A stretch of 49,545 nucleotides of DNA from Deltaproteobacteria bacterium (lineage in GTDB: Bacteria > Desulfobacterota > Desulfomonilia > UBA1062): NCBI GenBank assembly GCA_016929755.1, contig JAFGIF010000187.1:1-49545 (forward strand), in the 5' to 3' direction. Within the stretch, counting starts at the first letter, position 1; the number at the start of each line of letters is the position of its first letter. The position numbers were made by a program, and so were the translations under genes. Below are positions 1-10,548 of the stretch, piece by piece. Under the pieces are notes generated by a model. It saw nothing but the letters and a program-made list of their open reading frames with translations. It was not told the origin of the DNA and made no database searches.

Positions 1-573
1 CACTATTTTTGCGGCGGAGTGCATGTAAATACCCAGGGCAGGACGACTTTGACCGGGCTGTATGCTGTTGGAGAGGTTTCCTGTACGGGACTGCATGGAG
101 CCAACAGGCTTGCATCCACATCTCTGCTGGAAGGTCTTGTCTGGGGCTATTTTGCGGCAAAGGACATTGCAGGAAGGATTTACCTGGGTGAAACCGTTAA
201 AACCAAAATGCTTCATTCAGCTCGAGACTGGATCTCGACCGGTAATGTCGAGAATGAAGACCCGGCCTTGATAGCACAGGACTGGATCACGCTCAAGAGT
301 ACCATGTGGAACTATGTGGGAATTGTGCGGACTCAGCCAAGGTTGAAGAGGGCTATTGAGGATCTGCGGCATATGTACCTTCGGCTCGATGATTTTTACA
401 AGGAAACTCCACTTTCAAAAGATATTATCAGCCTGTTTCTCGGGCTCCAGTCAGCAATCATGGTAGCAGAAGCTGCATTGAGAAACAATAGATCCATCGG
501 ATGCCATCTCATCAGGACTTCCCAGGGTTCGGATAAAGATTTCCCAGCCCTGAGTTCTAATTACAGCCACTAG
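1..573 (+). CDS. nadB: L-aspartate oxidase, C-terminal part (5' end outside window)
   Basis: Frame 1 is open from base 1 (HYFCGGVHVN...). GLYAVGEVSCTGLHGANRLASTSLLEGLVWG is the conserved NadB-type flavoprotein motif. Stop TAG at 571-573. Confidence 0.85.
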   Translation, partial: HYFCGGVHVNTQGRTTLTGLYAVGEVSCTGLHGANRLASTSLLEGLVWGYFAAKDIAGRIYLGETVKTKMLHSARDWISTGNVENEDPALIAQDWITLKSTMWNYVGIVRTQPRLKRAIEDLRHMYLRLDDFYKETPLSKDIISLFLGLQSAIMVAEAALRNNRSIGCHLIRTSQGSDKDFPALSSNYSH

Positions 574-1946
574 CGTATGTTATAAAAGTGTTTTTTTACA
601 GCTGAAAGGAAGCCGGCACAACGTCCGATTTCATCAAAAATTGGAATGCCCATGTCCTCGACTTCATTTCTAAAAGTATGAAACGCACTGCCCATACCGA
701 CCAGCCAGGCAATTACCGGTTTTTTCTGCTGATCTTTTAATGCGCACGCAGTTTTCAAGGAACTGCTCGGAATCCAGTTTGCGAATAGATGGAGAATGAT
801 GGAGTCTACGTTATCATCCTTTGCCAGCGCATCAATAGCGGTTTCATATACCTTTTCAACACCATTGAGTTCTATGGCAGGCCATAGATCCAGCGGGTTT
901 GTGGGATCCATCCATTGGGGAAATATCGACTTGATGGATTTAAGGGTTTCGTCTGAAAAGTGTGCCAGCGGCAAGCCGTAATCATTAAGGAAGTCCGCAG
1001 TAACGATTCCGCCTCCGCCGGAGAAAGTAATGATAGCCGTACCGCCATCATTCCTGCTGTCTTTGATTTTGGAAAAGCCACGCAAGAAATCCATGAGTTC
1101 GTTAATGTCAAAGACCTGAATAATGCCAGCCTGTTTGAAGGCGCTATTTATGATAGCATGGTTGCCGGCTATGCTGGCGGTGTGACTGATTGCAGCCTGG
1201 GCACCCTCCGGACTTCTGCCGCCTTTGAGCACCACAATAGGCTTGTGGGTGGATCTTGCCAGTTGCATGAAACGCCTGGCATCAGCAAAGGATTCCACAT
1301 ACAATCCGATTACATCGGTCAGGTCATCATTAATAAGGTATTCCAGAAGATCTGTCTCGTGGACATCGCACTTGTTTCCGATTGAACATATCTTGTTGAT
1401 GCCTATTCCACCTCTTTCGAGCACCATCATCAATAAGCCGGATGAGAGCATGCCGCTCTGGACAATCATGGAAACATTGCCTGGCACCATCAATGATTTC
1501 CAGGCAGTAGAGCGTATGAAAGAAAATACATGTCTCCTATAACCATCCAGAAGACCCATGCAATTCGGTCCCCAGAGCCTGATATTATACTCTCTGGCAA
1601 GTTTCAGACATTCATTCTGCAGTCGCCTGCCATCCTCGCCGACTTCAGCAAAGCCGGCCGATTCAATAATAATCCCCTTGACGTTCTTACGGGAGCATTC
1701 CCGGATGGTATCCGGAAGAAATCGAGCAGAAATAAAGTAGATTGCAAGTTCGAAATCATCGGGGATGGAGTCAATATCCGGATAGCAGGGTAGACCAAGC
1801 ATGGAATCGTATTTTGGATTGATCGGGTAGATTTTTCCGGTCTTATATCCATTGATGGTATTATTCAGAATGTGGTAGCCTCCCTTGCGTGGATTTGGTG
1901 TGGCTCCAACAATGGCTACTCCGTCGGGATTGAAAAAGGAATCCAT
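570..1946 (-). CDS. CoA-binding protein, NDP-forming acyl-CoA synthetase alpha-type (no ATP-grasp domain)
   Basis: 458 aa. N-terminal CoA-binding fold (VAIVGATPNPRKGG..IYPINPK) and a phosphohistidine-loop-like AISHTASIAG. ATG at 1946 is preceded by GGAGGTGG. Stop overlaps the nadB stop (CTAG). Confidence 0.75.
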   Translation of the reverse strand: MDSFFNPDGVAIVGATPNPRKGGYHILNNTINGYKTGKIYPINPKYDSMLGLPCYPDIDSIPDDFELAIYFISARFLPDTIRECSRKNVKGIIIESAGFAEVGEDGRRLQNECLKLAREYNIRLWGPNCMGLLDGYRRHVFSFIRSTAWKSLMVPGNVSMIVQSGMLSSGLLMMVLERGGIGINKICSIGNKCDVHETDLLEYLINDDLTDVIGLYVESFADARRFMQLARSTHKPIVVLKGGRSPEGAQAAISHTASIAGNHAIINSAFKQAGIIQVFDINELMDFLRGFSKIKDSRNDGGTAIITFSGGGGIVTADFLNDYGLPLAHFSDETLKSIKSIFPQWMDPTNPLDLWPAIELNGVEKVYETAIDALAKDDNVDSIILHLFANWIPSSSLKTACALKDQQKKPVIAWLVGMGSAFHTFRNEVEDMGIPIFDEIGRCAGFLSAVKKHFYNIR

Positions 1947-2161
1947 GTGTCTGTCCCACCTCCTTTAATTAAAATATAACTGGTTGAATATCCTAAAGAG
2001 TATGCCGATGATTGTCAAATAATTCCACTTTATGGGTTTATTGCCATATTATGGCAGCCAGACCAGTAAAAATATGGCACTAGTCCCAAATTAAATTAAA
2101 CATTAATTATAATATCACAAGAATATAGCCAGTTAGGTCGATTGATAGTCTTTTATCATCT

Positions 2162-2177
2162 TGGCATGGGATTAGCA
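2162..2177 (+). promoter_or_regulatory. candidate sigma54 (-24/-12) promoter
   Basis: TGGCATGGGATTAGCA versus consensus TGGCACG-N4-TTGCW. GG and GC have the correct 12-nt register. Lies ~37 nt upstream of the GTG start at 2214. Confidence 0.35.
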
Positions 2178-2213
2178 TAATCTATACACAGAACCGGAAA
2201 GGAGGAACCAACG

Positions 2214-2513
2214 GTGTCAGTCAAGCATCTTTGTGAAATATGCGCACAGCGGGTTGGCGTAGCTAAATGTGACGGATGTGGGAAAATATTATGTAAACAA
2301 TGCCGTCAGATCGAGATCTGGGGATCAGGGGCCGAAGATCTGACGGTAAAGTATTTCTGTAATAAGTGCAAAGAAGATTCAGAGATCAATCCATGGGGCG
2401 CCTGCAACATGGTTTTCGGATTGGAGGAAGTAACAGACCTTGTAAATAAGGATATAAAAGTCGAACCGGAGAGCGGTTTCAAGATAAAGGTGCATGTGTC
2501 ATATAATAAATAG
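2214..2513 (+). CDS. small Cys-rich zinc-ribbon/B-box-like protein
   Basis: 99 aa with four CxxC pairs (CEIC, CDGC, CKQC, CNKC). GTG start is preceded by GGAAAGGAGG. Confidence 0.6.
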   Translation: MSVKHLCEICAQRVGVAKCDGCGKILCKQCRQIEIWGSGAEDLTVKYFCNKCKEDSEINPWGACNMVFGLEEVTDLVNKDIKVEPESGFKIKVHVSYNK

Positions 2514-2516
2514 TCC

Positions 2517-2747
2517 ATGCAGGCCAGAAAGGATAAATTTATGGCAACAAATAAAAATATGCTGAACAGGATCTTCGACACACACAACATTGTTGAAAAA
2601 ATTGGATCTGTCTTGATTTTTCACCTGGATAGATTTCTTGAAATACTAAACGTTCCAATTGATACACTGTCCAACGGGCAGTGGGTGAAGAAAGCGGTTC
2701 TGCAGGGACTAAACGAATCCATGAACGATATAAAAGAGTTTCTTTAA
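2517..2747 (+). CDS. hypothetical protein (76 aa)
   Basis: ATG is 3 nt after the upstream stop. The ORF is followed directly by a strong terminator hairpin. No recognisable motif. Confidence 0.4.
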   Translation: MQARKDKFMATNKNMLNRIFDTHNIVEKIGSVLIFHLDRFLEILNVPIDTLSNGQWVKKAVLQGLNESMNDIKEFL

Positions 2748-2759
2748 GACCTCCTTTTT

Positions 2760-2824
2760 ATGCCAGAAGAGGGGACATTCCTACTAATCATGTCCTTTAT
2801 CCTAAAATCTTCTGGCATTTTTTT
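2760..2824 (+). terminator. rho-independent terminator
   Basis: Perfect 10-bp stem ATGCCAGAAG (2760-2769) / CTTCTGGCAT (2809-2818) with an inner GGACAT/ATGTCC hairpin, followed by a T7 run. Confidence 0.6.
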
Positions 2825-2864
2825 GTCTATGCTTCGGCAAAACAAGAAAGTGTTGCTAAAATCC

Positions 2865-2893
2865 TTGACAATCAGGGAGAGTTTCATTAATAG
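2865..2893 (+). promoter_or_regulatory. candidate sigma70 promoter of the rplU operon
   Basis: TTGACA (2865-2870), 17-nt spacer, TAATAG (2888-2893), ~40 nt upstream of rplU. Confidence 0.35.
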
Positions 2894-2934
2894 CACTTCA
2901 ACATTTCACGATAATAATCTCTTTGAGGTGAATT

Positions 2935-3258
2935 ATGTATGCGGTGATAAAGACTGGCGGAAAGCAATATAAGGTTCAAGAGGGTGACACGATCCGAATC
3001 GAGAAACTCGATGCTCAAAAAGGTGAACAGATCACTTTTGATGATATTTTGTTTGTGGGTGGTGACGAAGAATACCAGCTTGGCAAACCTATTGTAGACG
3101 GTGCCTCTGTCAAAGCTCGCGTTGTAAGGCAGATGCGAGATAAAAAGATCATAGTTTTCAAGATGAAACGTCGCAAACGCTACAGGAAAACGCAAGGGCA
3201 TAGGCAGAATCTCACGGAAATCTTTATAACAAAGGTCGAACCGGGGAAGGAGGCATAA
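2935..3258 (+). CDS. rplU: 50S ribosomal protein L21
   Basis: [14 protein letters not shown]... is a canonical L21 N-terminus; 107 aa. Confidence 0.97.
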   Translation: MYAVIKTGGKQYKVQEGDTIRIEKLDAQKGEQITFDDILFVGGDEEYQLGKPIVDGASVKARVVRQMRDKKIIVFKMKRRKRYRKTQGHRQNLTEIFITKVEPGKEA

Positions 3259-3263
3259 CTGCC

Positions 3264-3524
3264 ATGGCTCATAAAAAATCTGGTGGAACTTCAAGGAATG
3301 GTAGAGACACCGCAGGCAAGCGACTTGGTGTCAAACGATTTGATGGACAGAGTGTCAGTGCCGGTACCATAATTGTGCGTCAGAGAGGAACCAAAATCCA
3401 TCCCGGTGAAAATGTAGGTTGCGGCAGGGATTATACCCTGTTTGCTCTGAAAGACGGTGTCGTCAAATTTGAAACCCTCTACAACGACAAGAAGAGGGTA
3501 AAGGTTATCTCCGAAGCAGCCTGA
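3264..3524 (+). CDS. rpmA: 50S ribosomal protein L27
   Basis: [15 protein letters not shown]... is a canonical L27 N-terminus; 86 aa. Confidence 0.97.
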   Translation: MAHKKSGGTSRNGRDTAGKRLGVKRFDGQSVSAGTIIVRQRGTKIHPGENVGCGRDYTLFALKDGVVKFETLYNDKKRVKVISEAA

Positions 3525-5657
<2,133 letters not shown>

Positions 5658-5658
<1 letters not shown>

Positions 5659-6911
5659 TGAGTGCTGCTGATATCAAGACAATAGCCATGCGGACAAAAA
5701 GAGCTTCAAGAGCCCTGGTTAACCTGTCAAGCGTAGCTAAGGCCAATGCCCTAAATGCAATGGCTGAAGCCATCAGGAACAGCGCTGCCTTTTTACAGGA
5801 ACACAATCGGAAAGATATAAATAAAGCCAGGGAAAATGGCTTAAGCAACGCCATGATCGACAGGCTTACCCTGAGTGATACGGTTATTGAAGGCATGGCA
5901 ACGGCCCTGGAAGAAATAGCCGAACTGCCTGATCCTGTTGGTAAAATTACCGGAATGAACAGAAGACCCAATGGGCTTGATGTTGGCAAAATGCGCATAC
6001 CGCTTGGTGTTGTGGGTATGATTTACGAATCAAGACCGAATGTAACTGCCGATGCCGTCGGTCTCTGTCTGAAGTCAGGCAATGCCGTGATGCTGCGCGG
6101 TGGATCTGAAGCCTTCAATTCAAACAGTGCCGTGGTTGAAATCCTCAAGAAAACGTTAATCGATACAGACATTAACCCCGACATCATCGGGTTTGTCCCG
6201 GTAACCGACAGGCAGGCCGTGATGGACATGCTGAAGCTGGAAGAGTATATCGATCTGATCATTCCGCGAGGAGGAGAAGGGTTGATCAGAACCGTTGTTG
6301 AAAATTCACGCATTCCTGTTTTGAAACACTACAAGGGTGTCTGTCATATTTTTGTGGATAGCGATGCGGATTTTGATAAGGCCTATAAGATCTGTCTCAA
6401 TGCAAAGGTACAGCGTCCCGGCGTCTGCAATGCAATGGAGACATTGCTGGTTGACGAAAAAATTGCCGAGGCTTTTCTGCCTAAAATGGTACAGCTTTTT
6501 CACGACAGCGGGGTTGAAATCAGGGGCTGTGATAAATCCATGGCAATCGTGACCGGAATCTCCAGTGCAACAGAACAAGACTGGTATGAAGAATTTCTGG
6601 ATCTTGTTCTGGCGATAAAAGTCGTTGGCGGAATTAACGAGGCAATCGACCACATTGAAACCTATGGTTCAGACCACACTGAGGCAATAATTACCGAAAA
6701 TTATACCAAGGCTTTGAAATTTATAAAGGAAGTGGATTCATCAACCGTACTGGTAAATGCCAGCACACGCTTTTCAGACGGAGGAGAGTTCGGCCTCGGA
6801 GCCGAAGTAGGGATATGTACTTCAAGAATTCATGCCTATGGTCCCATGGGGGTTGAAGACCTGACCATCGAGAAATTTATCTGCTTTGGTAACGGCCAGA
6901 TCAGACAATGA
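5658..6911 (+). CDS. proA: gamma-glutamyl phosphate reductase
   Basis: Aldehyde-dehydrogenase-type ProA signature (VCNAMETLLV); TAATG junction with proB. Confidence 0.93.
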
Positions 6912-7537
6912 GACTGGGTGTATTCGGCGGTACATTTAATCCTATCCATCTTGGGCACCTGCGGGCGGCGGAAGAGGTGAGGGAGAATCTGGCGTTCGAC
7001 AAAATTATATTTGTCCCATCATTCATTCCACCGCACAAAGATCTCTATGATGTCGTTGAAGGCCATAAACGGCTCGAGATAGTCCGCAGGGCAATAAGTG
7101 AATATCCTTATTTTGATGTTTCCTCGTTCGAGATTGATCAGGGCGGGAAGTCTTATTCGATCCGTACACTTGAACATTTACGTGATACCTACAACGCAAC
7201 ACCATATTTTATTCTCGGGCAGGATGCCTTTGACGAGATATCTACCTGGTTTGATACGAAAAGATTATTTAGTGTGGCCCACTTTGTCGTGATGTCGAGA
7301 CCAGGGACTGAACGTAAACCCCTCAGTAAAATTATGGGTGGTATAGCCGATACATTTCAGACGGATGAAAACGGGTTTGTCAATAAGCTCAACAAAAAGA
7401 TCGTTTATATTGATATAACACCTCTGGATATATCTTCATCAGCAATACGCAGGATGAGCAAACAGGGCAGATCGATTACGTTCTTGGTTCCCCCTGAAGT
7501 AGAGGCCTATATCAAACAGGAAAGGATTTATACATGA
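6908..7537 (+). CDS. nadD: nicotinate-nucleotide adenylyltransferase
   Basis: GVFGGTFNPIHLGHL nucleotidyltransferase (H/T)xGH motif; ATGA overlap with proA. Confidence 0.9.
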   Translation: MRLGVFGGTFNPIHLGHLRAAEEVRENLAFDKIIFVPSFIPPHKDLYDVVEGHKRLEIVRRAISEYPYFDVSSFEIDQGGKSYSIRTLEHLRDTYNATPYFILGQDAFDEISTWFDTKRLFSVAHFVVMSRPGTERKPLSKIMGGIADTFQTDENGFVNKLNKKIVYIDITPLDISSSAIRRMSKQGRSITFLVPPEVEAYIKQERIYT

Positions 7538-7854
7538 AAGAGCTGTGGCATCAAATAGTCGATGCACTTGAAGAAAAAAAAGCTCGGAATCTGGTAGTAT
7601 TGGATGTACGAGGGATATGCTCGTTTGCGGAGTATATCATCATAGCAAACGGAATGTCAGACAGGCAGATCAAGGCAATGGCTGAGCATGTAATAGATAC
7701 CCAGGGCAAACCAAGCGGGGCTGAGGGGCTGGATCTCGGAAGATGGGTGCTGCTGGATTATATTGAGGTTATTGTACATATTTTTCAGGACGATCTCAGG
7801 CAATACTATGATCTTGACGGCATGTGGATGGAGGCCAAAAGGCTTGTAGGATGA
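7534..7854 (+). CDS. rsfS: ribosome silencing factor
   Basis: 106 aa; DYIEVIVHIFQDDLRQYYDLDGMW is typical of RsfS/iojap; ATGA overlap with nadD. Confidence 0.9.
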   Translation: MKELWHQIVDALEEKKARNLVVLDVRGICSFAEYIIIANGMSDRQIKAMAEHVIDTQGKPSGAEGLDLGRWVLLDYIEVIVHIFQDDLRQYYDLDGMWMEAKRLVG

Positions 7855-8261
7855 AGCTTGTCTTCTGCTTTAGCGGCAAAACCTTTAAAGGTCCCACACT
7901 GGACGCTGTTCAGGACTATTCGAAGCGAATAGCTAAATATGTTCCGGTCGAGATAATCGAATCAAAAAAATTACGACCCCAGGGCAGAACCGGAATACAT
8001 ATTGTTCTTTCCCCGGACGGTCGGAGTATGGACACCCATGCATTTGCCGACTTTATGGAAGATCAGCTCCTTAGCGGGACAAAGTATCTGTTTTTTTATG
8101 TTGGCGGGCCTCAAGGCCTTGATGAGGAGATTCTGGAGAGTGCGTCTAAGAGCCTTTCCCTTTCGCGCATGACATTCAACCATCAACTGATTCGGGTAAT
8201 GCTTCTGGAACAGGTCTATAGAGTTTTTACGATTATTAACAATGAACCTTACCATAAATAA
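7851..8261 (+). CDS. rlmH: 23S rRNA (pseudouridine1915-N3)-methyltransferase
   Basis: SPOUT-type C-terminus (YVGGPQGL...LSLSRMTFNHQL). ATG at 7851 forms an ATGA overlap with the rsfS stop, so it is preferred over the track start at 7824. Confidence 0.85.
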   Translation: MKLVFCFSGKTFKGPTLDAVQDYSKRIAKYVPVEIIESKKLRPQGRTGIHIVLSPDGRSMDTHAFADFMEDQLLSGTKYLFFYVGGPQGLDEEILESASKSLSLSRMTFNHQLIRVMLLEQVYRVFTIINNEPYHK

Positions 8262-8889
8262 TGCCCAAGATCATGAATTGTTGAAGAGTATAAAAAATGG
8301 AGAAAGCACTACAATAGAGTTCAAGCTCAGGCTTTCTTCAGTGGAAAAGATGGCCAAAGAAATCTGCGCTTTTGCAAATACGAAAGGCGGCAAGATCATA
8401 ACCGGCGTTGATGATACTGGTAATGTGATCGGAGTGGATTCTTACGAAGAAACCGAGACTGTTTTTATCGAGGCGATCAATCTGCTGGAACCGCGGCCTG
8501 AAATCCGTATTTCAAGGCATAGACTCGATGGCAGACTTATCGTGGTAGGTCTTGTATCCAGGGGGGAGAAGAAACCATATCGAGTTTTTTTGAATTCGGG
8601 TGATAGCTCCGTCTATATACGATTGGGTTCAACCATTCATCCACTTACACGAAAGCAAATAAAACAACTGGGCCGTGAAGATCAGGTACGTAAAAAGATC
8701 CGGATAACCCAGTTGCAGCAGGTTATGCTGGATGACATATCAAAAAATAAATCTATAACTATCAGTGAGTTGGCCCACCGGCATAATCTTTCAGTTGCAC
8801 GGACATCATGCCTGCTTGTACCAATGTTACGATCCGGCATGATAGTGAAACAAGGCCATGGCAAACAGAGTCGCTATCAGGTTCGTTAA
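8242..8889 (+). CDS. AlbA_2 (Schlafen-like) domain protein with C-terminal winged-HTH, putative regulator
   Basis: ESTTIEFK...AKEICAFANTKGGKIITGVDDTGNVIGV resembles the AlbA_2 domain. C-terminal ITISELAHRHNLSVARTSCLL looks like an HTH. Overlaps rlmH by 20 nt. Confidence 0.6.
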   Translation: MNLTINNAQDHELLKSIKNGESTTIEFKLRLSSVEKMAKEICAFANTKGGKIITGVDDTGNVIGVDSYEETETVFIEAINLLEPRPEIRISRHRLDGRLIVVGLVSRGEKKPYRVFLNSGDSSVYIRLGSTIHPLTRKQIKQLGREDQVRKKIRITQLQQVMLDDISKNKSITISELAHRHNLSVARTSCLLVPMLRSGMIVKQGHGKQSRYQVR

Positions 8890-8916
8890 CAAACCCGTTA
8901 AATCTACAGAGCTGAA

Positions 8917-10056
8917 TCAGCCCAGGGCATGCAGACCGAGTCGATGCGCGGCGCTATCCCCTAAATCGTCCAGCCAGCCGGCCTGGGGATTAAATTTTCT
9001 GCTGAAGAATTTGCCGGTATCCCTTGGGTTGCGTGCTTGATGATACTTCAAAAAGATCTGGTTGTCTTTGATGCCCACAATTTCGATTTTGCCTGTTTTG
9101 TGGGACATGATGTATTTAAAACGCTTGCTGTGACCGTTGAGGAGTCTTTTAGACTCTTCCACAATTTGATACCCTTGACTCAAGGGCACCTGAAAATGAT
9201 GCATCACCCGCTTGACCGGTCGGCATTGGAATACATAGTAGGGGTTGATACCAACACGGACCAGATTATTCTGAAGGTCTGCCAACACCTTTGGATCATC
9301 GTTGACTCCTTTGAGCAGAACGGTTTGATTATTAACAGGAACCCCGTTGCAGATCAACAGGTTTGAGGCCTCGATTGACTCCGGAGTGATTTCCTTGGGG
9401 TGATTGAACTGAGTTACAATATAGATGCGTCTGGTTTTAAGCGAATTTTTCCTCAATAAATCAAGGAGGACATTATCTTCGATGATTCTTTGCGGAAGGG
9501 TGACCGGTGTGCGGGTCCCGAATCTGATAAAGGCAAGGTGTTCAATGGGGGCAAGCATCTCGAGAAATTTGGCTATGATAGAGGTCGGCAGAACAAATGG
9601 ATCACCTCCGGTGATCAGGACGTTATTGATTTCTTCATGCAGACTGATGTAATTGGCGGCATCTTCGAATCGTTGCAGGAGTTCGCTGTTAGGGAGCCCC
9701 ACCAGTCGTTTTCGAAAACAATGCCGGCAGTACATGGCACAGCGATTGGTCGAAAGTATCAGGGCGGTTTGTAAATACTTGTGCTGCAGGCCCGGCATTT
9801 TGGTGTTCTCTCTCTCGCCGCTCGTATCATAAGAGCCCATAAGATTTAATTCCTCAACATCCGGCACTGCCATCTGTCGGATCGGATCATTCGGATCTGA
9901 TTTATCGATCAGCGAAAGATAATAGGGCGGGATGCACATAGGATGACGTTCAATAATATGCTTAAATTTTTTCTCTTCGGTTCTTGACAAGGCTAAATGA
10001 TTTTTTAATTGATATATGGTCCTGATGCTACCATCTAATTCATTTTCCCAATTCAT
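8917..10056 (-). CDS. KamA-family radical SAM aminomutase-like protein
   Basis: CAMYCRHCFRKR CxxxCxxC motif in a KamA-like context (LITGGDP, GVNDD). ATG is preceded by AAGAGGTG. Confidence 0.8.
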   Translation of the reverse strand: MNWENELDGSIRTIYQLKNHLALSRTEEKKFKHIIERHPMCIPPYYLSLIDKSDPNDPIRQMAVPDVEELNLMGSYDTSGERENTKMPGLQHKYLQTALILSTNRCAMYCRHCFRKRLVGLPNSELLQRFEDAANYISLHEEINNVLITGGDPFVLPTSIIAKFLEMLAPIEHLAFIRFGTRTPVTLPQRIIEDNVLLDLLRKNSLKTRRIYIVTQFNHPKEITPESIEASNLLICNGVPVNNQTVLLKGVNDDPKVLADLQNNLVRVGINPYYVFQCRPVKRVMHHFQVPLSQGYQIVEESKRLLNGHSKRFKYIMSHKTGKIEIVGIKDNQIFLKYHQARNPRDTGKFFSRKFNPQAGWLDDLGDSAAHRLGLHALG

Positions 10057-10548
10057 TAAACACCTCTTGATAATTATTTGGCATTATTTAAAACTACTAT
10101 AACCAATCGATAATAAACGCTATTTATAATACCAGTTTCAACAGCGAAAAATCCTCTTTTTATCAGATTCCTTTATTGTTAACATGATAATTTCGCTTGA
10201 TTATTTTGTGCGAAAAAAACTTATACCATGCAGTAGTTTTAAGAGCAAGCAAAAACAGGATGATATTGTACAAGATGTATATTAATAAAATATTAGAGCT
10301 AATTAATCAGTAAGTTAAATATAATATTGCAGGTATGATTTATAAAATCTTGATAGTAGAATACCTTAATAGTTAAAACATTTAACGCGTTGTCATGAAC
10401 ATTAAATTAATTCATAAAATAATTTATTAGAATTACGCTATGTATATGTAACATTAAATTTATATATAATTATCGATACGAACATGATATGTTGATTAAA
10501 TTGTCAATTTAATTGGACAATGGTATGTGTAGATAACAGGAGGTTAAT

